From: Candidatus Eiseniibacteriota bacterium
GTDB lineage: Bacteria; Eisenbacteria; RBG-16-71-46
NCBI GenBank assembly: GCA_031366795.1
Contig: JANLOX010000259.1
Location: forward strand, 22,613-86,612
Length of the DNA: 64,000 nt
Reading direction: 5' to 3'
Part shown: in pieces, positions 56,992 to 64,000 of the stretch
Position numbering within the stretch: position 1 is the first letter of the stretch
How the letters are laid out: each line of letters starts with the position of its first letter
The notes under the pieces: generated by a model
What the model was told of the DNA's origin: nothing
Database searches by the model: none
The model's input: the letters and a program-made list of their open reading frames with translations, nothing else
Program-made: the position numbers and the translations under genes

Positions 56992-59431
56992 TGTTCTGGC
57001 GGCCGTTGCTGTTTTCGCGTCCCCTGGAGCCGCTCAGGTTCCAGGGGACGTTTCTTTGAGCTCGGGAACGCTCGTGGCAGACAGTTCGGCGCAGCTGCAA
57101 GGCGCAGCGCCCGTCGCGGATTCGGTTGAAGCGGCGCCGGTCGAAGCGCGCGTCGGCGAGGTGGCGGTCGCGGGCAACGACCGCACGGACCGCGAACGTA
57201 TCCAGCGCTCCTTTGAAGTGCCCGCTGGCAGCCGCTACAACAAGGACGCGCTGCGTCGTGGCATCCGCAAGTTGTTCGCGCTCGGCCTGTTCCAGGACGT
57301 CTGGCTCGAGGAGTTCAAGCGTCCCGGTGGAGTCGTCGACCTGTTGATCCACGTTCGCGAGCGTCCACGCGTCGGTTCGATTGCCTTCGGCGGCAATCAC
57401 AAGCGCGAGACTTCCGAGCTCGAGAAGAAGCTGTCGCTGCATGTGGGCGACATCGTGACGCCTGCGGCCCTGAGCACCCAGCTCGACTCGCTGGGCAAAT
57501 TCTACAAGGACGAAGGCTTCGCCCGCGCCACCGTCACGGTCGCCACCGACACCAGCGCCACCACGAATGCGGTCGCAGTGCGCTTCGACATCGTCGAAGG
57601 CGAAAAGGTTCGCATCACGCGCGTTGAGTTCACAGGCGTTCACGCGCTTGGGGAGAAACGCCTGCGCAAAGCGATGAAGACGAAGCCCAAGGGATTGATC
57701 GGCGGAGGCGAGCTCAAGGACGAGACCTTTGCCGAGGACCGCACCAAGCTCGAAGCGCTGTACCGGAACTCCGGCTACCGCGACGCCAGGGTCGTGTCGA
57801 TCGAGACGAAGCCGGGTTCGAAACCGCGCGACCTGACGCTCGCGGTGGCGATCGAGGAAGGGCCGGAGTACCGTTTCGGTTCCGTCGTGTGGTCCGGCAA
57901 CTCGATTCTCGACTCCGCCGCGGTGCGGCGCATTCCGCAACCGCACCCGGGTGACCCGTACAACGCCTCAAAGATCGACAAGATCCGCGAGGCGGCCTAC
58001 GGTGATTACGCCGAGCGCGGCTACCTGTATGTCGATGTCGAAGCCCATGAAAACGTGACGGACCAAAAGGTCGATCTGGAGATCGCGGTACGAGAGGGGC
58101 AACCCTCGAAGGTCCGGCTCGTCAACATCACCGGCAACCGCGCTACCCGTGAGCACGTGATCCGCCGCGAGATCGACCTGCACGAGGGCGACCGGTTCAA
58201 GAAGTCGGCGCTGGTGCGCACGCAGGGCGACATCTTCCGCTTGAGCCTGTTCGAGGACGTGCAGGTGGACTTCACGCCGGCCGAGAGCACCGACGTCGAC
58301 ATCAACTTGAAGGTGAAGGAGAAGCAGGTCGGCACCGCCTCCGCCGGCGCAGGCTATACCGCGCAGACGGGCGTGACGGGTTTCCTCGAACTCGCGCATG
58401 CCAATGTGCTCGGCAATGGCCAGAACCTGGCACTCCACCTTGAGCGCGGCGGCAAGTCCGAGAACTACACGCTCAGCTTCACCGAGCCGTGGTTCCGCAG
58501 CACGCCGACGCTGCTGGGTTTCTCGTTGTTCAACACGCGCAGTCAGCGGGACCTGTTCGCCGAGAAGCATGTCGGAGGTTCGGCGCGCATCGGCCGCCCT
58601 CTGGGATGGCCGGATTACTCGCGCGGCTCGCTGTCGTACCGGCTCGAGGACGTCACGATCGAGGGTGTGCCGTTGACGGTTGAGGAGAGCCTGGCGCTCG
58701 CCGGGCAACCCGTCGGACGGCCGGTCAGGACGAGCAGCCTCGAAGCGGTGTTCACGCGCAACAGCACCGACAATCCGTTTTATGCGACCAAGGGAACGAA
58801 GCTCGAACTCGATCACGAGTTCGCCGGCGGCCCGTTCGGGGGCGCAGTGAACTTCCACAAGCACCGCATCGAGGGGCGCGCCTACTTGCCATCCATCACC
58901 AAGCGTTTCACCACCATGGTGCGCGCCCGCTTTGGCGCCCTCGGTGAGTATGGCGACCAGTCGACGCCGGTGCCTTCGTACGAGCGGTTCCGGCTGGGCG
59001 GTGGCACGACGCTCGACCCGCTGCGCGGCTACGATGACTACCAGGTCGTGCCGGCGAAGTTCATCCGCGACCTCTACACCAAGGGATCCATCGCCAGCAT
59101 CGACAGTTCAGGCGCCACCCGCGACACCACTTACAACTACCTCCACAGCCGGGTTCGCTACCCGGGTGGCCGCTTTATGACGCTCTATACGGTGGAGCAA
59201 CAATTCCCTATTGTTCATCCACTCCACGGTGTGTTTTTCTTCGATGCGGGAAACACTTGGGACACGTGGCACGACATTCGTCCGTTTGACCTGAAGATCG
59301 GCGCGGGCGCCGGTCTGCGCATGGAGATCCCATTGCTCGGCAACGTCGGTCTGGATTACGGCTACGGTTTCAATCGCGACGATGGACCCAAGGCCAAGGC
59401 GCACTTCCTGCTTGGAAGTTTCGCCTTCTAG
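56939..59431 (+). CDS. bamA: Outer-membrane protein assembly factor BamA
   Basis: Signal peptide, POTRA repeats, LRGY lid motif, terminal Phe; lies before skp-lpxD. Start uncertain: no ATG/GTG/TTG close to the signal peptide. Confidence 0.92.
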   Translation, partial: LRLHPFRHFRRPVLLAASVLAAVAVFASPGAAQVPGDVSLSSGTLVADSSAQLQGAAPVADSVEAAPVEARVGEVAVAGNDRTDRERIQRSFEVPAGSRYNKDALRRGIRKLFALGLFQDVWLEEFKRPGGVVDLLIHVRERPRVGSIAFGGNHKRETSELEKKLSLHVGDIVTPAALSTQLDSLGKFYKDEGFARATVTVATDTSATTNAVAVRFDIVEGEKVRITRVEFTGVHALGEKRLRKAMKTKPKGLIGGGELKDETFAEDRTKLEALYRNSGYRDARVVSIETKPGSKPRDLTLAVAIEEGPEYRFGSVVWSGNSILDSAAVRRIPQPHPGDPYNASKIDKIREAAYGDYAERGYLYVDVEAHENVTDQKVDLEIAVREGQPSKVRLVNITGNRATREHVIRREIDLHEGDRFKKSALVRTQGDIFRLSLFEDVQVDFTPAESTDVDINLKVKEKQVGTASAGAGYTAQTGVTGFLELAHANVLGNGQNLALHLERGGKSENYTLSFTEPWFRSTPTLLGFSLFNTRSQRDLFAEKHVGGSARIGRPLGWPDYSRGSLSYRLEDVTIEGVPLTVEESLALAGQPVGRPVRTSSLEAVFTRNSTDNPFYATKGTKLELDHEFAGGPFGGAVNFHKHRIEGRAYLPSITKRFTTMVRARFGALGEYGDQSTPVPSYERFRLGGGTTLDPLRGYDDYQVVPAKFIRDLYTKGSIASIDSSGATRDTTYNYLHSRVRYPGGRFMTLYTVEQQFPIVHPLHGVFFFDAGNTWDTWHDIRPFDLKIGAGAGLRMEIPLLGNVGLDYGYGFNRDDGPKAKAHFLLGSFAF

Positions 59432-59437
59432 GCGGCC

Positions 59438-59989
59438 ATGAGACGCCTCCGCTTCGTCACACTCGCCTTGCTGTTCAGCTTTGCCGTGACGTCGTTGGCC
59501 GCCGCCGCCGACTTGCGTATCGGCTACATCGACTCGGCTAAGATCTTCGATCAATACAAGACGGCGCAGGAATCGCAGCAGCGCTTCGACCGCCAGGTCC
59601 AGGGCTGGCGTGACGAAGCGGGCGAGAAACAGAATCTCGTCAAGAAATTGCGCGGAGATGTGCGTGACCTGTCGCCCATCCTCTCGACGCTCAAGCGGCA
59701 GGAGAAGGAAGAAGAGCTGCAGCGGGCGATCAGTGAATACGAGCGGTTCATCCAGGAGGTGTGGGGCCCGCAGGGCCACGCTTCCCAGGAGAACGAACGC
59801 GCCACGCAGGAGGTTGTGGCGAGCATCCGTTCCGCAGTGGAGAAGGTAGCAGCCAACAAGGGACTGACGTTGGTCCTCGACGCAGCCAGCGGCTTCATTA
59901 TCTACGCGGATCGGTCCCTGGATCTCACGTCGGACGTGATCCAGGAGCTCAACAGCCGTTTGACGACGTCCCCGACCACCACCCATTAA
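59438..59989 (+). CDS. skp: OmpH/Skp periplasmic chaperone
   Basis: Signal peptide, IGYID, coiled coil, DLTSDVI; between bamA and lpxD. Confidence 0.9.
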   Translation: MRRLRFVTLALLFSFAVTSLAAAADLRIGYIDSAKIFDQYKTAQESQQRFDRQVQGWRDEAGEKQNLVKKLRGDVRDLSPILSTLKRQEKEEELQRAISEYERFIQEVWGPQGHASQENERATQEVVASIRSAVEKVAANKGLTLVLDAASGFIIYADRSLDLTSDVIQELNSRLTTSPTTTH

Positions 59990-60002
59990 GGAACGTGATT
60001 CC

Positions 60003-61067
60003 ATGGTGACCCGCACGCTGGCCGAGCTGGCGGCGATTCTCGGCGGTGAGGTCGTGGGTGACGGCAACGTCGAGATTCGCGGCGTCGCAGGCATTCGCGA
60101 AGCGATGCCCGGCGACCTCACGTTCCTCGCCAACGCCCGTTACGATGCTTACCTGCTTGAGACGCGCGCCTCCGCCGTGATCTGTTCGCGCGACGCGAGC
60201 CCCGCGCCGGTGCCGTTGCTCAAGGTGGACAATCCCTACCTGGCGTTCCAGAGCATAGTCAGGGTGTTCCGCCCGGAGGTGCAGCGGGCGGCGGCCGGTG
60301 TGCATCCGGCGGCCGTGGTGGCGCCCGATGCTGAGATCGACCCGAGCGCCTCGATCGGCCCGTTCTGTGTCGTGGAATCGAAGGCCAAAATCGCGGCAGA
60401 TGCCGTCCTGATGGCGCGGTGCTATGTCGGCTTCGCCTCGTCGATCGGCGAGGGCACGGTGTTGTACCCCGGCGTCGTGGTGCGTGAGGAGTGCACGCTG
60501 GGCGCGCGCTGCATCATTCACCCGAATGCCGTGATCGGCGCGGACGGCTTCGGTTTCGCGTTCGACAGCGGCAGCTATCACAAAATTCCCCAGGTCGGCA
60601 GCGTGATCATCGGCGACGATGTCGAGATCGGCGCCAACACGACGATCGACCGCGCGACCACGGATGCGACTCGAATCGGCAATGGCACCAAGATCGACAA
60701 CCTCGTGCAGATCGGCCACAACGTGGCCATTGGCAATCACTGCATCGTCGTGGCGCAGGTGGGTATTTCGGGCAGCACCCAGCTCGAGGATTACGTCACG
60801 ATCGGGGGCCAGGCCGGCTTGAGCGGGCATATCCGGCTCGGCCGCGGTTCGACCGTGGCGGGTGGGAGCGGCGTCACGAAGTCGGTCGCCGCGAACGTCA
60901 CCGTGCTGGGCTATCCCGCCATGCCTATCGGCGCGTTCAAACGTCTCCATGCCTTGATGCAGCGGCTGCCGCGCATGTGGAAGCATGCTATGGAACTCGA
61001 GCAGCGCCTCGACCGTCTCGAAGCGCACAACGGACTGCAACCCCAGGAAAAGGAGCGGGTCGGGTGA
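60003..61067 (+). CDS. lpxD: UDP-3-O-acylglucosamine N-acyltransferase
   Basis: TFLAN, hexapeptide repeats, DGFGF, IDR, KIDNLVQIGHN, GYPA. Confidence 0.95.
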   Translation: MVTRTLAELAAILGGEVVGDGNVEIRGVAGIREAMPGDLTFLANARYDAYLLETRASAVICSRDASPAPVPLLKVDNPYLAFQSIVRVFRPEVQRAAAGVHPAAVVAPDAEIDPSASIGPFCVVESKAKIAADAVLMARCYVGFASSIGEGTVLYPGVVVREECTLGARCIIHPNAVIGADGFGFAFDSGSYHKIPQVGSVIIGDDVEIGANTTIDRATTDATRIGNGTKIDNLVQIGHNVAIGNHCIVVAQVGISGSTQLEDYVTIGGQAGLSGHIRLGRGSTVAGGSGVTKSVAANVTVLGYPAMPIGAFKRLHALMQRLPRMWKHAMELEQRLDRLEAHNGLQPQEKERVG

Positions 61068-62386
61068 TGGCCACGCCCCAGCGGACACTGCGCCGCATCG
61101 CTGAATTCGAAGGTGTCGGCCTTCACACGGGAGAGCGCGGAAGGGTGATCTTTCGCCCCGCACCCACCGGCGCAGGCGTTACGTTCGTGCGCACCGACCT
61201 GCCCGGCAACCCGGTGGTTCGTGTGCGTCCCGAGAACGCCCTGTTCGACCCCAAGGCCGGACGGCGCACCATCCTCGAGCAGGACGGTGTGCAGATTCAC
61301 ACCATGGAACACCTGCTGGCGGCACTGTCGGGGCTTGGGCTCGACAATGTCATCGTCGAGACGAACACGCTGGAGATTCCGGAGCCCGCCGACGGCACCG
61401 CCGCGGTGATCGCGCAGGTGTTGCTCGACGCGGGATTCGAGGACCAGGATCGCCCTAAGCGCTACATCAAGGTGACGCGGCCGGTGAGTTGGTCGGAGGG
61501 CCCCGTCACGATCAAGGCGGTTCCCTATGGCGGCCTGCGCATCACCTTCCGTATCGAGTACGACCATCCGCTGATCGGCACCCAGACGCGATCGTTCGAC
61601 ATCACGCCGGAAACGTTCCTCAAGGAGATCGCCCCGGCGCGCACGTTCGTGTTGGAGCGCGATCTCGAGGCGCTGCGCAGTAGCGGCTGGATCAAGGGCG
61701 GCTCACTCGACCGCGCCGTGGTCGTGGGGGACGACGCGATTCGCAATCCGGGCGCCCTGCGCTTCCCTGATGAATTCGTGCGCCACAAGATTCTCGACTT
61801 GATCGGTGACCTCTCGCTGCTCGGGGCACCCCTGCTCGGGCACGTCACGGCCGTGCGCTCGGGGCACCAGGGCCATGTCAGTTTCGTGCGCCACTTGAAG
61901 CGGACGCTGCCGCTGCCAGGGCGGCGGGCGGGCGCGCCGCCGGAAGAGTGGGACATCACCGCGATCATGGACATCATGCCGCACCGCTACCCGTTCCTGC
62001 TGGTGGACCGCATCACCCGGCTCGACGAGGGCCAATCGGTCGAGGGCATCAAGAACGTCACCATCAATGAGTCGTTCTTCCAGGGTCATTTCCCCGGGCA
62101 TCCCATCATGCCGGCGGTGCTGATCCTCGAGGCCATGGCGCAGGTCGGCGGCTTATTGCTGCTTAACTCGGTGGAGGATCCTTCGAACAAGTTGATGTAC
62201 TTCACCGCCATCGACGGCGCGCGTTTCCGCCGCCCGGTGACGCCGGGGGACCAGCTGCGTTTCAAGCTCGACCTCGTGCGTTTCCGGGGCAACACCGCGA
62301 AAATGCGGGGGGAGGCTTTCGTGGATGACCAGTTGGTGGCCGAGGCGAACTTGCTGGCCACGCTGGTGGACAGGGCGCCCGAATGA
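61067..62386 (+). CDS. lpxC: Bifunctional LpxC deacetylase / FabZ dehydratase
   Basis: GVGLHTG, TMEHL, ARTF, RHKILDLIGD (LpxC) followed by PHRYPFLLVD and GHFPGHPIMP (FabZ). Confidence 0.95.
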   Translation: MATPQRTLRRIAEFEGVGLHTGERGRVIFRPAPTGAGVTFVRTDLPGNPVVRVRPENALFDPKAGRRTILEQDGVQIHTMEHLLAALSGLGLDNVIVETNTLEIPEPADGTAAVIAQVLLDAGFEDQDRPKRYIKVTRPVSWSEGPVTIKAVPYGGLRITFRIEYDHPLIGTQTRSFDITPETFLKEIAPARTFVLERDLEALRSSGWIKGGSLDRAVVVGDDAIRNPGALRFPDEFVRHKILDLIGDLSLLGAPLLGHVTAVRSGHQGHVSFVRHLKRTLPLPGRRAGAPPEEWDITAIMDIMPHRYPFLLVDRITRLDEGQSVEGIKNVTINESFFQGHFPGHPIMPAVLILEAMAQVGGLLLLNSVEDPSNKLMYFTAIDGARFRRPVTPGDQLRFKLDLVRFRGNTAKMRGEAFVDDQLVAEANLLATLVDRAPE

Positions 62387-63162
62387 GCGTGGCATCATTG
62401 CATCCCGGCTCATTCGTCGACCCCAAGGCGCAGTTGGGTGACGGTGTGGTGGTCGAACCCGGTGCCGTGATCGGGCCGCATGTCCGGATCGGGGCGGGCA
62501 CGCGTGTCGGCAGCCACGCACTGGTGACGGGCTGGACTTCGGTCGGCATCAATTGCCACCTGCATCATGGAGCAGTTCTGGGCAGCGCTCCGCAGGATCT
62601 CAAATACTCGGGCGAGCCATCGTACCTCGAGGTGGGGGATCGCACGGTGATCCGCGAATACGCGACGCTCAATCTCGCCACGGAACCGGGAGCCACGACG
62701 CGTGTGGGTAGCGACTGCCTGCTGATGGCGTATTCGCACGTCGCGCACAATTGCCATCTCGGCGACCGGGTCATTGTGGCGAACGCCGTGCAGTTCGCCG
62801 GCTACGTCACAGTGCAGGACTGGGCGATCGTCGGCGGCGGGACGGTGGTGCACCAATTCGTGCGCGTCGGCTGCCACGCCATGATCGGCGGCGGCTCGCG
62901 CATCGCGCAGGACGTGGCGCCTTACATCAAGTTGGCGGGCAGCCCGCCGCGGCTCGCCGGCGTCAATTCCGTCGGTCTCGAGCGGCGGGGTTTCAGCGCC
63001 GAGGCGCGCACGGCCATCGACCGTGCCTACAAGTTGCTGTTCCGTGGCGCCCGCACCACCCAGGATGCGGTGGCGGAGATGCGCGCCCAGTATGCCGGGA
63101 TCCCGGCGGTCGAGCTGTTGGCGCGTTTCGCCGAGACGTCCGAGCGCGGTTTGACGCGTTGA
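62383..63162 (+). CDS. lpxA: UDP-GlcNAc acyltransferase
   Basis: Hexapeptide repeats, PQDLKY, IREY, MAYSHVAH, HQFVRVG. Confidence 0.95.
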   Translation: MSVASLHPGSFVDPKAQLGDGVVVEPGAVIGPHVRIGAGTRVGSHALVTGWTSVGINCHLHHGAVLGSAPQDLKYSGEPSYLEVGDRTVIREYATLNLATEPGATTRVGSDCLLMAYSHVAHNCHLGDRVIVANAVQFAGYVTVQDWAIVGGGTVVHQFVRVGCHAMIGGGSRIAQDVAPYIKLAGSPPRLAGVNSVGLERRGFSAEARTAIDRAYKLLFRGARTTQDAVAEMRAQYAGIPAVELLARFAETSERGLTR

Positions 63163-63173
63163 GGAGCGAAACC

Positions 63174-64000
63174 ATGAAGCCCAAGCAAGTCGGGGTGTGG
63201 GGTGTCGGCGTATGGGGCGAGAAGCATGCCCGCGTCTACGCGTCGCTCGAAGGCGCGCAGTTGGCCGGCATCTACGACCAGGACTTGGGCCGCGCCGCGG
63301 CGGTGGCAACCCAGTACCGGACACGCGCCTTCACGAGCCCCGCCGAACTGCTCGGGGCGTGTGACGCGATTTCGATCGCGGTGCCCACGATCGGGCACGC
63401 GGCGGCCGTCGAGCAGGCAGCGTCCGCCAAGGTGCATGCGCTGGTCGAGAAGCCGATGGCCGTCACGCTCGCCGAGGCCGACGCCATGATCGAGCACGCG
63501 CGGCGGGCGGGCACGGTGTTGCAGGTCGGCCAGGTGGAGCGCTTCAACCCGGCGCTGGCGGCGGTACGGCCACTGATCGGCAAGGTGAAGTTCGTCGAAG
63601 CGCACCGGCTGGCGTTGTTCCAGCCGCGCTCGCTCGATGTCGACGTCGTGTTTGACCTGATGATCCACGATATCGACATCGTCCTTCACGCCATCGGCTC
63701 GCTGCCGACCCAGATCTCCGCGGTCGGTGTGGCCGTGCTGTCGGGCAACGAGGACATCGCCAATGCCCGGCTCGAGTTCGCGGACGGCTGTGTCGCCAAC
63801 CTCACCGCCAGCCGCGTGTCACAGGAACGGCTGCGCCGCATCCGCTTCTTCCAGGACAACTCGTACCTGTCGATCGACCTGTTCGAGAAGAAGTGCGACC
63901 ACCTGAGCCTCGACCGCTCGCTGCTGACCAGTGCCACCGTGCACCCGCTGCAGCTGGCGGCCGCGATCCACAAGGACAAGATCGAGATCGCCGACGGCGA
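63174..64000 (+). CDS. Gfo/Idh/MocA oxidoreductase, GnnA-like (3' truncated)
   Basis: Read by hand: GAGGAG SD, MKPKQVGVWGVGVWG, LVEKP, VERFNP, DLMIHDID, ASRVS; open to the window end. Confidence 0.85.
   Translation, partial: MKPKQVGVWGVGVWGEKHARVYASLEGAQLAGIYDQDLGRAAAVATQYRTRAFTSPAELLGACDAISIAVPTIGHAAAVEQAASAKVHALVEKPMAVTLAEADAMIEHARRAGTVLQVGQVERFNPALAAVRPLIGKVKFVEAHRLALFQPRSLDVDVVFDLMIHDIDIVLHAIGSLPTQISAVGVAVLSGNEDIANARLEFADGCVANLTASRVSQERLRRIRFFQDNSYLSIDLFEKKCDHLSLDRSLLTSATVHPLQLAAAIHKDKIEIADG

Noticed and set aside
56991..57059. Short ORF from GTG overlapping the clpC stop and ending CTT-TGA, like the prfB frameshift site
   Set aside because: A +1 shift would not enter the bamA frame (needs -1), and the peptide is not a signal sequence.
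61067..62386. LpxC-FabZ fusion as a novelty
   Set aside because: Well known in Bacteroidota and related phyla; useful only as a lineage hint.

Overview
A 64-kb, high-GC, gene-dense stretch of a diderm (LPS-producing) bacterial chromosome. All recognisable genes but one are on the + strand. Most are housekeeping: pcrA, gatCAB, purD/E/M/B/L/Q/S/F, tsaC, ilvE, rpiB, glyA, mgtE, a MoxR/Bat cluster, cca, rsfS, argS, lnt, asd, truA, htrA, lysS, and a lolCE-lolD-mcsA-mcsB-clpC-bamA-skp-lpxD-lpxC/fabZ-lpxA cluster. The lpxC/fabZ fusion, Bat cluster and gene order suggest an FCB-superphylum-related lineage (inference, unverified). The best candidate for an undescribed system is a cassette between pfkB and purM (31438-33775). 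It has a stand-alone protein with a LeuA-regulatory-like domain, a 17-bp direct repeat with a 21-bp period, and an unannotated 16-codon peptide (MDLILVLVNFFGQAGW) behind a perfect AAGGAGGT ribosome-binding site. It ends with a membrane-sensor HD-GYP phosphodiesterase, so it may be a peptide-signal to c-di-GMP module. About 1.2 kb downstream, two sigma54-type promoters precede a sensor-less sigma54 activator. Other points: a 119-bp nested-palindrome MITE/REP-like element after glyA, a full protein-arginine phosphorylation set (McsA, McsB, ClpC, YwlE-type phosphatase), a tandem PurS, degenerate catalytic motifs in ArgRS and the CCA enzyme, and bamA and lnt N-termini that seem to lack a canonical start codon. 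I saw no rRNA, tRNA, CRISPR array or transposase. All calls come from motif recognition by eye; no searches were run.
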